Below are positions 52,100-61,888 of a stretch of DNA of 64,000 nt, one piece after another. This DNA comes from Verrucomicrobiia bacterium. GTDB taxonomy: Bacteria > Patescibacteriota > Saccharimonadia > Saccharimonadales > JAGQNK01. The translations under genes were made by a program, and so were the position numbers. Positions within the stretch are counted from its first letter, which is position 1. Each line of letters starts with the position of its first letter. The stretch covers positions 20,514-84,513 of the forward strand of contig DATHJY010000011.1 in the NCBI GenBank assembly GCA_035489575.1, in the 5' to 3' direction. The notes under the pieces are model-generated. The model did not search any database and was not told the origin of the DNA. It saw only the letters and a program-made list of their open reading frames with translations.

Positions 52100-52384
52100 T
52101 CATAGCTTGTTTTTGCTCGCCACAGCGAAAGGCATCGCCAATACAGCCCCCGTGAAAGCGAGGATGTTAGTTGAACTCGGTGGACCAAAGTAGGTACCGA
52201 TCTGTACTCCGATAAGCAAGTTCGTACCCGCGATCAGGGCTGGCCCAGTGACCGAGAGACTGCACACAAAGTACAAAGTAGAGACAAAAATGGCGGGGAA
52301 TAGTAGCGAGATGCTGCCCGAACTGGCCCACGGCAAAACCGTGACATAGGCCAACGAACCTAAAATGACAAGTAAGCTCCTCAT
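52100..52384 (-). CDS. Possible small membrane protein
   Basis: 94 aa from the ATG at 52384 (MRSLLVILGSLAYV...), three hydrophobic segments and a weak SD. Confidence 0.4.
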   Translation of the reverse strand: MRSLLVILGSLAYVTVLPWASSGSISLLFPAIFVSTLYFVCSLSVTGPALIAGTNLLIGVQIGTYFGPPSSTNILAFTGAVLAMPFAVASKNKL

Positions 52385-52582
52385 GGAAAGACTTCTTTCT
52401 TCCAACGACAGGACGCATACAATATACAATATCTTTACGGCAGCGCACTAGCGACTACCCCTCAATCGTATAGTCTTAGCAGTAATCAGGACATCGAAGC
52501 GCTATTTTTGCGCCAAGACTTTGGCAAACAATAGCACATCGATTCCTGGCGCAGTAGAATGCGGAATTTAAGCTAGTAAAAA

Positions 52583-55144
52583 CTAACTTTGGGCCTGGAA
52601 GAAGTTTTTGACTTCTTTTAAGTCTCTTTCTTTCCAGGCAGATTGCCAGGTAATCACCTCGATACCTTGCCGAATAGATCTTTCAAACGACGGTTCTATG
52701 CGGGGCAAAAAGAAATCTTTATAGTCTTTCAGAAATTCCCGGTTAGAAAAGGCATGTGCGGCGTACATGGGGAACCGGTTAAAGCTAAGATCTGTTCCCA
52801 TTTTCTTGGCCAGCCAGTGCCAGTTATCAGTCATCCACTTCCAGGTCTTTTGGCGAGCGAAACGATTAACAAAGCTATAGGCCACCCAGTAGCTAATATC
52901 CTGGGTGCGCACCGACTTGGACTTGATTATATCCAGCGCTTTATCAATCAGCTCGGGCTGTTCAAAGTGTGTGAGGGCGGCTGTTAACGTCAACCGTTCG
53001 TCACTGTTGGCGGTCGATTCATGCATGGCAAACAACTTGTCAAAAGTCTTGGCATCGCCATGCCGGACTGCAGTACTATACACTACACCCCTCAGGTCGG
53101 GATTGATATCTTGGGCTGACTTCATGGCCTGGAACTGACGCAGCGCCTCTTTGACTACACTAGGTTCGTCCGCTCCGGCAGCAAGTCCGATGATGGTAGG
53201 TCGCAGCAGGGTATCAAAGTGCAGTTCATCCTCGGCTGGCTTCCAGCCCAGGCGTGCCAGCTGCTTGGCAACCAGCCGCCTGATAAAGGGTTTCATGAGT
53301 TCGCGCAGCTCTTCGTCGTTGAATATATTGCGCACGGCCATGATCCCCCCGGCAATCACATCCCAGACGGCGTTGTCGTTTTCGTTTTCGAATACTTCCA
53401 GGAAATGAATGGCGTCCAATGTGTCAGCCTCGCCGGCTTTGGCCGCTTCGAATAGATCGCTCAAAATTCCCAGACGATCGAGCGGAGACATACGGCCCTT
53501 CTTGATAAGTTCGCCAAGATGCTTTAAATGGCTGGCATTATAGGTGGTACGATAAAAGCCACTCTGGCCCTGGTTCAGCTTAAATGAATGGCTATCAGGC
53601 AGATCAATGGCGGTAATCTTTTGGGTCATCAGCTCTGGCTCGATACCGCTGCCAGCCAGTAGAGCTATGGGCCACGTCTTGGTGGTCTTGTCAGATATTT
53701 CCGGATTTACATAGAAGCGTTCCTGAGTCAGCGTGACCGCGCCATCTTCGACGTTGGCGTGCACAACAGGAAAGCCGGGCTGCGACGTCCAGGCATGCAT
53801 AAAGTCTTTTACTGGTTTACCCGAAATTTGCTCGAGTGCTGCCCACAGGTCTACGGTGTCAGTATTGGCATATTTATGCAGGTCTAAGTAGTGACGCAAA
53901 CCGTCGCGGAACAGCTCTGGCGTCAGGTAGTCATGCAACATATGAATAACACTGGCACCCTTGCTATAGCTAATAGTGTCAAAGATAGTACGGATCTCAT
54001 CCGGATGGTGCACTGGCACCTCAATGGGGTGAGTGTGCTCCAGGGCGTCCAGTTTAAAGGCCCGCTGTTGCTCATCGACAGCAAACTGAATCCACATTTG
54101 CCACTCCGGGAACAAGTGATCAACCGCCAGATATTCGATCCAGCTGGCAAAGCCCTCGTTCAGCCACAAGTCCGTCCACCAACGCATAGTCACCAAATTA
54201 CCAAACCACTGGTGGGCAAACTCGTGACAGACCACCATGGCTACATACTGCTTGGTGTTGAGCGAAGTATTGACGGGATCCACCAGCATGCACTGTTCGC
54301 GGTAAGTAATCAGCCCCCAGTTTTCCATGGCGCCAGAGGCAAAATCGGGCAAGGCCACCATATCAGCCTTGGGCAATGGATAGGGTATACCAAAATAATC
54401 GTTATAAAATTCCAGGGTCTTGACTGCGACATCCAGGGCAAAATCAGTGAGCTTAACATTGTCCGGTGTCGCATAAGCGCGCACCACGACACCATCTTTA
54501 GTTTTGGCTTCTTTATATCCTAGCTCGCCATAAAGAAAAGCCAGCAGATAAGTACTCATCTTGGGTGTTGTCTCGAAGGTGGTGTGCTGCACCCCGTTCT
54601 CTACTACTTGGGTCTTCACGGGCGTATTAGCCAAGACCGTTTCGCCTACGGGAGTACTGAGGCTGAGATCAAAGGTCGCCTTGGCAGCCGGCTCATCAAC
54701 ACTTGGGAAGACTTCGCGGGCGTGGTGGCTTTCGAACTGTGTGGCAATCAGTTGTTTCTGTACGCCATCCTGCTCAAATACGCTGGGGTATATGCCATTC
54801 ATGTTTTCGGTAATCTTGCCCTTAAAATCCATGCGAATGGTGTAGCGGCCAGGATATGCCATAGTCTTGGCATGCAATCGTACCTCGTCATAGGTGGCGT
54901 GATGGTTAATACGGTCAACGACGATCTCTTGATCGCCTTTTTTGTCATGGCGCGTTATGTGTGCGGCTGTTATCTTCAGTCCACTCTGGTGAAAAGTCAC
55001 ACGTTGACTTGGTCGCCCAGACTTGGTGCCAGTGATAACAACCGTGCCGCTAAACGTCATGTTGTCGCGGTCTGGCTTTAGATCTAATGCATAATGGATC
55101 GGCTGAAATTCATCAAACAGCCTTTTGACAGTATTTTTACCCAT
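52583..55144 (-). CDS. M1-family aminopeptidase (aminopeptidase N-like)
   Basis: GAMENWG exopeptidase motif and HEFAHQWFGNLVT...WLNEGFA zinc site, with a C-terminal ERAP1-like helical domain. The start is uncertain (55144 or 55192). Confidence 0.9.
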   Translation of the reverse strand: MGKNTVKRLFDEFQPIHYALDLKPDRDNMTFSGTVVITGTKSGRPSQRVTFHQSGLKITAAHITRHDKKGDQEIVVDRINHHATYDEVRLHAKTMAYPGRYTIRMDFKGKITENMNGIYPSVFEQDGVQKQLIATQFESHHAREVFPSVDEPAAKATFDLSLSTPVGETVLANTPVKTQVVENGVQHTTFETTPKMSTYLLAFLYGELGYKEAKTKDGVVVRAYATPDNVKLTDFALDVAVKTLEFYNDYFGIPYPLPKADMVALPDFASGAMENWGLITYREQCMLVDPVNTSLNTKQYVAMVVCHEFAHQWFGNLVTMRWWTDLWLNEGFASWIEYLAVDHLFPEWQMWIQFAVDEQQRAFKLDALEHTHPIEVPVHHPDEIRTIFDTISYSKGASVIHMLHDYLTPELFRDGLRHYLDLHKYANTDTVDLWAALEQISGKPVKDFMHAWTSQPGFPVVHANVEDGAVTLTQERFYVNPEISDKTTKTWPIALLAGSGIEPELMTQKITAIDLPDSHSFKLNQGQSGFYRTTYNASHLKHLGELIKKGRMSPLDRLGILSDLFEAAKAGEADTLDAIHFLEVFENENDNAVWDVIAGGIMAVRNIFNDEELRELMKPFIRRLVAKQLARLGWKPAEDELHFDTLLRPTIIGLAAGADEPSVVKEALRQFQAMKSAQDINPDLRGVVYSTAVRHGDAKTFDKLFAMHESTANSDERLTLTAALTHFEQPELIDKALDIIKSKSVRTQDISYWVAYSFVNRFARQKTWKWMTDNWHWLAKKMGTDLSFNRFPMYAAHAFSNREFLKDYKDFFLPRIEPSFERSIRQGIEVITWQSAWKERDLKEVKNFFQAQS

Positions 55145-55234
55145 TACACTAATAGTACCATTTTTGACAGCGAAGAGAGGCCTGATGTGCATTTGACGCT
55201 TACTGGGTTTTGCTGTACTATTACGACTGTAGTG

Positions 55235-55259
55235 AGTCGGCCGGCAGGTCGACTTTTTT
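55235..55259 (+). terminator. Intrinsic terminator-like hairpin in the nusA leader
   Basis: agtcggcc/ggtcgact is an 8-bp GC-rich stem (one G-U) with loop ggca, running directly into a six-T run (the first T is shared with the last stem pair). It sits 22 nt before the nusA ATG and just upstream of its AAGGAG. Confidence 0.5.
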
Positions 55260-55280
55260 CATGAAATAAGGAGTCCACCT

Positions 55281-56459
55281 ATGGATCTAGATATCAAACA
55301 ACTGGCTATGGCCGTCAAATCCATTGCCGAAGAAAAGAATTTGCCCACTGAAGTCGTTCAGGAAGTCGTCGAACAAGCGCTGGCTGCAGCCTATCGCCGC
55401 GACTACGGAGAACGCGAGCAAGAAGTGCGCGTTAGCATGAACCTAAACAATGGTGACGTCGATGCTTACGTGAGCAAAGAAGTAGTAGACAACGTAGAAG
55501 ACGACCACTTCGAAATCCCCCTAACAGAAGCCCAAGCCATCCGCAAAGATGCCAAAGTAGGCGAAACCGTAGAGATCCACGAAAAAGTCAACAACTTTGG
55601 TCGCGTAGCCGCCCAGACCGCCAAGCAAGTTATTTTGCAACGCCTGCGCGAAGCCGAGCGCGAAATCATTATGAACGAATACGAAGATAAGATCGGCGCC
55701 GTTATCAACGGCATCGTCGCTCGGGTTGAAGGCCGCATTGTACGAGTAGACTTGGGCAAAGCCCAGGGGATCATGCCCATGAGCGAACAGATCCAGGGTG
55801 AGCGATACTATCCCGGCCAGCGGCTCAAGGTCTTTTTGAAAGACGTCGAGCGTGGTCCTCGCGGTCCACAATTGGTAGTATCACGTGGCAACACGCAGTT
55901 TATAGAGTGGCTGTTCCGAGCCGAAGTGCCAGAAATGGAAAACGGCGCAGTAGAGATCAAAGGTATTGCCCGTGAAGCTGGTGTCCGCAGCAAGATTGCC
56001 GTAGCCAGTACCGTCCAAGGTGTCGACCCAGTCGGTACGTTTGTAGGCGGCCATGGTACTCGCGTAAACGCTGTTATGAGCGAGATTGGCGAGCAAGAAA
56101 AGATTGATATCGTTGTCTTCAGCGAAGATCTGAACGACTACATCACCAATGCCCTCAGTCCTACCAAAGTCACAAAAGTTGAAATAGACCAAAAGAACAA
56201 CAAAGCCAAAGTGACCGTACCTGAAGATCAGCTGAGTATTGCCATTGGTAAAAGTGGACAGAACGTCCGTCTGGCCAGCAAACTAACCGGCCTAGACATA
56301 GACATCGCTGCAGAGCAGCAAAAAGCCCCAGAACCACCAGCCGTCGCCGAAGGCACAACCACGGCCCGACCGGTAGCAGCAACTAAGCTTAAGAAAAAAG
56401 AACAGCTGGAAAGCTCCCTGCTGGAAGCCATCGAACAACACGGCACAGACGAAAAATAA
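55281..56459 (+). CDS. nusA: Transcription termination/antitermination factor NusA
   Basis: 392 aa with an N-terminal domain, S1, and two KH domains (IAIGKSGQNVRLASKLTG). Confidence 0.95.
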   Translation: MDLDIKQLAMAVKSIAEEKNLPTEVVQEVVEQALAAAYRRDYGEREQEVRVSMNLNNGDVDAYVSKEVVDNVEDDHFEIPLTEAQAIRKDAKVGETVEIHEKVNNFGRVAAQTAKQVILQRLREAEREIIMNEYEDKIGAVINGIVARVEGRIVRVDLGKAQGIMPMSEQIQGERYYPGQRLKVFLKDVERGPRGPQLVVSRGNTQFIEWLFRAEVPEMENGAVEIKGIAREAGVRSKIAVASTVQGVDPVGTFVGGHGTRVNAVMSEIGEQEKIDIVVFSEDLNDYITNALSPTKVTKVEIDQKNNKAKVTVPEDQLSIAIGKSGQNVRLASKLTGLDIDIAAEQQKAPEPPAVAEGTTTARPVAATKLKKKEQLESSLLEAIEQHGTDEK

Positions 56460-56471
56460 CTCAGGATCACC

Positions 56472-56909
56472 ATGGACTCAGGCCCAGAAAAGGAACCGCT
56501 CCTTATCACCAACGATGAGCTGGAACATTTTCGGGTCAGAGCCAAAACGCTACGCATCACCGTTTCCGAGCTCATAAGACGAGCCGTGTCTTTAGAGATG
56601 GTCGCTTTTGAACTACCAGAAAACTATGTCGCCTACCGGAATCGTATCACCGACGAAAGGCAGGTGCTGGACAGCCTGCCCGAACGCCCCAACCGCTCCG
56701 CGCCATGGCGAAAGGTTTCCATTGCTATGCCACAGTTCTTATCCATTACTCTCAATATACGCAGCGAATTTAGCGGTAGCGCAACGACGGGTGAATATGC
56801 AGCCCGATGCGTGTACCTCGTAGACCCTCTCATCGAAGACCCAGACATCGGCCTAGAGGTCGAGGGCGTAGGCGAACCCAGATTATTTCATATGGAGATT
56901 CCAGAGTAA
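56472..56909 (+). CDS. Hypothetical protein with N-terminal ribbon-helix-helix-like segment
   Basis: LLITNDELEHFRVRAKTLRITVSELIRRAV resembles a CopG/RHH strand-helix-helix. The remainder is unassigned. It occupies the slot after nusA. Confidence 0.45.
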   Translation: MDSGPEKEPLLITNDELEHFRVRAKTLRITVSELIRRAVSLEMVAFELPENYVAYRNRITDERQVLDSLPERPNRSAPWRKVSIAMPQFLSITLNIRSEFSGSATTGEYAARCVYLVDPLIEDPDIGLEVEGVGEPRLFHMEIPE

Positions 56910-56920
56910 AATTAATTTTT

Positions 56921-56947
56921 CTGGCACTCTTGCATGCTGAGTGCTAA
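56921..56947. promoter_or_regulatory. CIRCE-like (HrcA operator) inverted repeat upstream of clpC
   Basis: CTGGCACTC-ttgcatgct-GAGTGCTAA compared with consensus TTAGCACTC-N9-GAGTGCTAA: right half perfect, left half 7/9, spacer exactly 9. It overlaps a plausible promoter (TTGCAT 56930-56935, 16-nt spacer, TAAAAT 56952-56957). Confidence 0.6.
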
Positions 56948-57006
56948 ATGGTAAAATAGAAGCAGCGAACAACGATATAAGATCTCGCTTGAAAGGGTAG
57001 AACATA

Positions 57007-59505
57007 ATGATGCCAAGCAGCCCTGATTTCCAAGAATTTTTGAACCATCTGACTGATAATGCCTTGCAAAGCCTAAAGCACGCCGATGCTATTGCTCGTA
57101 GTTTCGGCAGTGCCTACGTTGGTACCGAGCACTTACTACTGGGTGTACTGGCCCAGGACACCAGCATAGGATCTAAGATTCTCGAAGAAAATGGGGTAAC
57201 ACTCGATCGTGCCCGACTCGCCCTGAACCTGACACCAAAAACTCTCGTTATTAACATGGGAGCCAAAGGCTTGAGCGAAACCGCCAAGCTGACTCTGAAG
57301 ATGGCTTACGACGTAGCCCAGGATTTCAACCAAGAGTTTTGCGGCACCGAGCATATTCTGTACAGCGTGCTCAGCCAAAAGAACGCTCGGGCAACCATTC
57401 TACTCCGCGACATGAACGTCAACGTCGACTCACTTGTCAACGAACTCGAACAATTCCTGAATCGCCAACAATACGAAGAAGAAAGCGAAGCAGCAACCGA
57501 AGGCCGGCGCCGTTCCAAAAAACAGAAAAAGACTGCCCTAGACTTCTTTGGCACCGACATGACAGCCCAGGCCCGCCAGGGCAAACTAGACCCAGTCGTA
57601 GGACGCGAGCCCCAGATTCGCCGCGTCATTACTATCCTGAACCGCCGCACCAAAAATAACCCAGTACTTATTGGCGAACCCGGGGTTGGCAAGACGGCTA
57701 TCGTAGAGGGCCTGGCCCAACGCATCATAGCCGAAGACGTACCTGACAGCCTGCTAGACAAGCGCTTGGTCATGCTAGATCTCGCCGGGATGATCGCCGG
57801 CACTAAGTATCGTGGCGAATTCGAAGAGCGCCTCAAGAAAGTCATGTCCGAACTAGAGAACGATCACAAAACCATCGTCTTTATAGACGAGCTCCACCTT
57901 ATTGTGGGCGCCGGCGCCGCCGAAGGCGCCATGGACGCTGGCAATATCCTCAAACCCGCCCTGGCTCGCGGCAAAGTCCAAGTCATTGGCGCCACCACTA
58001 CAGCCGAATACACCAAGCACATAGAAAAAGACGCTGCGCTCGAGCGACGTTTCCAGCCCATCCAGGTACCAGAGACTACTGTTCCGGAGACGCTAGCCAT
58101 CCTCAAAGGCCTTCGCCGCCATTACGAAGATTTTCATGGCGTAAAGGTGAGTGACAAAGTGCTAGAAGACACGGTGACACTCGCCAAGCGCTATATCAAC
58201 GACCGCTACATGCCAGACAAGGCTATCGACCTATTAGACGAAGCCTCCGCTCACTTGCGCGTGGACAAGGGCAAGACACCGCCCGAAGTCCGTAAACTGC
58301 AAAAAGAGCTAAAACTCGTCAGCATGCGCATCGAAGACGCAGTGGACAGCGAAGATTACGAAAAGGCAGCCAAAGAAAAACAGCGTGCCTCGCAAATCAA
58401 CGAAGAGCTCAAAGCGCTCGAGCAGGCCGGCAAGACGGCTAATCAACTCACCGTTACTAGCGAAGACATCGCTGACGTCGTAGCGCGCATGACCGGTGTG
58501 CCAGTTAACAAAGTTATCCGATCAGAAGCCAAATATCTGCTGAACCTAGAAAAAACGCTGAGCAAATACGTCATTGGTCAGAACGAAGCTGTCGAGGCTG
58601 TCGCCAAGGCCGTCCGGCGCAACCGGGTAGGTATTGGCAGTGGCAAACGCCCCATTGGCTCGTTTGTCTTTCTGGGCCCTACCGGTGTTGGCAAGACCGA
58701 GCTGGCTCGCGTCCTCGCCAGAGAGTTCTTTGGCAGCGAAAACAACCTGGTCAAGATCGACATGAGCGAATTTGGCGAACACCATACCGTTTCGCGACTA
58801 GTTGGTGCCCCAGCCGGCTATGTTGGGTACGACGAGGGTGGTCAGCTAACCGACAAAATCCGGCGACAACCCTACAGCCTGGTGCTGTTTGACGAGATCG
58901 AGAAAGCCCACCCAGAAGTCTTTAACATGCTGCTGCAGATACTCGAAGACGGCGTCTTGACCGATGCAAAAGGCCGCAAGATCGACTTCACCAACACCAT
59001 TGTCATCATGACGAGCAATATTGGCGCTGATAAACTGCAAAAAGAAGCTTCTCTGGGGTTCCAGGCCACCGACCGATCTGACCTAAGTAACCTAGACGCC
59101 CTGCACGCCAGCAACAAAGACAAGGTACATGACGAGCTCAAGAAGATGATGCGCCCCGAGCTCTTAAACCGCATAGACAAGATCATTGTCTTCCGGGCGC
59201 TAACCAAAAAAGACGTCATGCAAATCCTGGACTTACAAATTGGCGAACTGCGCGAACGATTAGTACGGCATGGCATTGGCCTGCAGCTGGACAAAGCCGC
59301 CAAGAAACATCTGCTCCAGCACGGCTATGACTCCCGTAACGGCGTGCGGCCCATGAGACGACTCATTGCCGATACCATAGAGGATCATCTAGCGCTTGCT
59401 CTCCTGGGAAATGACTACCACAAGGGCGAGATTATCCATATTGGCGCTGGCAAAGACGATCTGACCTACCAAGCTCAGGCTGAAGTGCCTGCGTCTATGG
59501 TGTAA
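57007..59505 (+). CDS. clpC: ATP-dependent Clp protease ATP-binding subunit ClpC (class I AAA+)
   Basis: 832 aa with Clp_N repeats, two AAA+ modules (GEPGVGKT and GPTGVGKTE Walker A) and a UVR-like middle region. Confidence 0.95.
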   Translation: MMPSSPDFQEFLNHLTDNALQSLKHADAIARSFGSAYVGTEHLLLGVLAQDTSIGSKILEENGVTLDRARLALNLTPKTLVINMGAKGLSETAKLTLKMAYDVAQDFNQEFCGTEHILYSVLSQKNARATILLRDMNVNVDSLVNELEQFLNRQQYEEESEAATEGRRRSKKQKKTALDFFGTDMTAQARQGKLDPVVGREPQIRRVITILNRRTKNNPVLIGEPGVGKTAIVEGLAQRIIAEDVPDSLLDKRLVMLDLAGMIAGTKYRGEFEERLKKVMSELENDHKTIVFIDELHLIVGAGAAEGAMDAGNILKPALARGKVQVIGATTTAEYTKHIEKDAALERRFQPIQVPETTVPETLAILKGLRRHYEDFHGVKVSDKVLEDTVTLAKRYINDRYMPDKAIDLLDEASAHLRVDKGKTPPEVRKLQKELKLVSMRIEDAVDSEDYEKAAKEKQRASQINEELKALEQAGKTANQLTVTSEDIADVVARMTGVPVNKVIRSEAKYLLNLEKTLSKYVIGQNEAVEAVAKAVRRNRVGIGSGKRPIGSFVFLGPTGVGKTELARVLAREFFGSENNLVKIDMSEFGEHHTVSRLVGAPAGYVGYDEGGQLTDKIRRQPYSLVLFDEIEKAHPEVFNMLLQILEDGVLTDAKGRKIDFTNTIVIMTSNIGADKLQKEASLGFQATDRSDLSNLDALHASNKDKVHDELKKMMRPELLNRIDKIIVFRALTKKDVMQILDLQIGELRERLVRHGIGLQLDKAAKKHLLQHGYDSRNGVRPMRRLIADTIEDHLALALLGNDYHKGEIIHIGAGKDDLTYQAQAEVPASMV

Positions 59506-59515
59506 ACTAGGGGAT

Positions 59516-60448
59516 ATGAATCGACGTCCGCGCGTATGGCCGCTGGTAGTATTACTTGTACTACTGGCAACAGTGGCTACTGCCTATTGGCAGCGACTAG
59601 CCATTTACGATTGGCAACGGCTGCGTGGATATGAAGCACCAGCAGAAATAGCCACGCTAGCTACAGAGACGACCATGAACGAATCGGCACGTCGGCTGTT
59701 CTATGTCCACCGTCCGCTCCTAAACGATCGCACCCAGTTTACCCAAAACTGTAGTGACTTTGGCGAACACACCATTGTACTGGGATGCTACGTATCACAA
59801 ACCGGTATCTATATATTCGACGTCCAGGACGAGCGCCTGCAGGGAGTAGAGCAAGTCACCGCCGCACACGAGCTGCTACACGCCGCCTACGATCGCCTGG
59901 ATACTTCAGAGCGCACCCGAATAGACGAACTAACCGAACAGGTGCTGACTAGCCTCAAAGATCAGCGCATCAAAGATACTATCGAGAACTATCGCAAACG
60001 AGACCCCATGGTGGTGTCCAACGAGCTCCATTCTATTATTGGCACAGAGGTGCGCGAACTCCCCGAAGACTTAGAAACCTACTATAAAAAGTACTTTAAC
60101 GATCGGCACGTGGTAGTAACCTATTCAGAAAAATACGAATCAGTCTTTACAGAACGCAAAAACAAGGCTGAAGCAATAGAACAAGAACTACAAGGCCTCA
60201 AGACCGAAATAGAACAGCGTCAAAACACGCTAGAGGCTGATCGCAAAGGACTAGATCGCGACCGCAGTGGTGCCCGAACAGAACCCCAGATAGACGCCTT
60301 CAACGCCCGCGTAACCGCCTATAACGCGGACATCCGCGAGCTGAACAGCATGATCAATCACTACAATCAGTTGGTCGAGCAGTACAAAGCTGTGTCACTG
60401 GAGACGCAGGAGCTGTTCAAGGCGCTCGACAGCCGTCCCACCTTATAA
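59516..60448 (+). CDS. Membrane-anchored hypothetical protein with HExxH motif and coiled-coil tail
   Basis: N-terminal TM helix (VWPLVVLLVLLATVATAYW), AAHELLHAAYD (HExxH) and a C-terminal heptad-rich region. Confidence 0.5.
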   Translation: MNRRPRVWPLVVLLVLLATVATAYWQRLAIYDWQRLRGYEAPAEIATLATETTMNESARRLFYVHRPLLNDRTQFTQNCSDFGEHTIVLGCYVSQTGIYIFDVQDERLQGVEQVTAAHELLHAAYDRLDTSERTRIDELTEQVLTSLKDQRIKDTIENYRKRDPMVVSNELHSIIGTEVRELPEDLETYYKKYFNDRHVVVTYSEKYESVFTERKNKAEAIEQELQGLKTEIEQRQNTLEADRKGLDRDRSGARTEPQIDAFNARVTAYNADIRELNSMINHYNQLVEQYKAVSLETQELFKALDSRPTL

Positions 60449-60535
60449 GTCATCACCTAAAATTGTGAGATTTTCTGCAGTCACCCCATAACAAGTGTCA
60501 TAACTCATGACCCAGATCTGGTACACTAGTACCAT

Positions 60536-61888
60536 ATGGCAAAAAGGGAACAGGTACAGTATGTGTGCTCCAACTGTGGGGCCGAAAGTTCAACGTGGAG
60601 CGGCAAGTGCTACGCCTGTGGTGAATGGAATACCCTACAAGAACAGCTGATTGCCGCGGCCACTCCGGGCGCCTCGGCTGGACGATCCCTGACTACCCAG
60701 TCGGTCAGTAAGGCCCTGGCCAAAGACCATGCCCGCCTGATAACTGGCATAAAAGAAATTGACACCGTACTGGGCGGCGGCCTGGTGGCGGGCAGTGTCA
60801 ATTTGATCGCCGGACAGCCGGGCATTGGCAAGAGTACTTTGCTTTTGCAGTTGGCGCACAGTCTCAGCGCCACACAATCTGTCCTGTATGTCAGTGCCGA
60901 AGAATCGGCTCACCAGGTTGGCCTGCGCGCTGAGCGGCTGGGCACTACCGGCAAGAAGCTACAGCTGTCTACCAGCACCTCCACTGACGACATTGCCGCG
61001 ACCATAAGTCAGGGTACCTACAAAGTCATAATTGTCGATTCTATACAAACCGTTTCGTGCAGTGCCATTTCTTCCGCTGCCGGCACTGTCAGCCAGATCA
61101 CCAACAGTACCCACCTGCTCACCACTGCTGCCAAGCAGTCCGGCACCGCTATTATTTTGGTTGGCCATGTCACCAAAGAAGGCACCATAGCCGGCCCCAA
61201 GGTCCTAGAGCACGTGGTAGACGTTGTCATGCAGCTGGAAGGCGATTCGCCAGGTTCGCAGGGGTTCAAAGTTCTGCGTGCTATCAAAAACCGGTACGGA
61301 TCAACCAACGAGGCAGGCATATTCGAGATGTCGGACAATGGCCTCCAGCCCGTAGATAATCCCTCGGCAGCCCTCTTGGCTGAGCGCCAAATAAGTGACG
61401 GCTCGGTTGTTCTGGCTACCCTAGAAGGGACCCGCCCACTGTTGGTAGAAGTCCAGGCCTTGGTAAACAAAACCAGCTACGGCTATCCCAAACGAGCCGC
61501 CAGTGGCATAGACCTAAACCGGCTCAACCTGCTAGTAGCCATGCTAGAGAAACGTACCAAACTGAGCCTGGCCGACCAAGACATTTATATCAATATCGTT
61601 GGTGGTATTCGCCTCACCGAACCAGCCGCTGATCTGGCTATCATCATGGCCATTGCCTCAGCGGCTCGTGGCATGCAGCTCAAAGCCAACGCCGTAGTAT
61701 TTGGCGAGGTAGGCCTGAGCGGCGAGATCCGTCACGTGCCTCAGCTAGAAAAACGGCTAGCGGAGGCCAAGAAACTTGGGTTCGAAACTGCCATTGGCCC
61801 GGTAGTGCGCTCTGGCAAAAAACCAACCAACTACCATGGCATGCCCAACGTACGAACAGCACTCAATACATTTCTGGAGAAAGACTAG
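60536..61888 (+). CDS. radA: DNA repair protein RadA
   Basis: N-terminal C4 zinc finger (CSNCG...CYACGEW), Walker A GQPGIGKST, KNRYG motif and a Lon-like C-domain. Confidence 0.95.
   Translation: MAKREQVQYVCSNCGAESSTWSGKCYACGEWNTLQEQLIAAATPGASAGRSLTTQSVSKALAKDHARLITGIKEIDTVLGGGLVAGSVNLIAGQPGIGKSTLLLQLAHSLSATQSVLYVSAEESAHQVGLRAERLGTTGKKLQLSTSTSTDDIAATISQGTYKVIIVDSIQTVSCSAISSAAGTVSQITNSTHLLTTAAKQSGTAIILVGHVTKEGTIAGPKVLEHVVDVVMQLEGDSPGSQGFKVLRAIKNRYGSTNEAGIFEMSDNGLQPVDNPSAALLAERQISDGSVVLATLEGTRPLLVEVQALVNKTSYGYPKRAASGIDLNRLNLLVAMLEKRTKLSLADQDIYINIVGGIRLTEPAADLAIIMAIASAARGMQLKANAVVFGEVGLSGEIRHVPQLEKRLAEAKKLGFETAIGPVVRSGKKPTNYHGMPNVRTALNTFLEKD

Noticed and set aside
51990-52100. Possible SRP/4.5S-like RNA in the yraN downstream region (minus-strand ccggagcagaagcagg loosely resembles CCGGAAGGAAGCAGCC).
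   Set aside because: No GNRA-capped helix 8 and no symmetric or asymmetric loop pattern could be built. The hairpins here are adequately explained as terminators in a convergent intergenic region.
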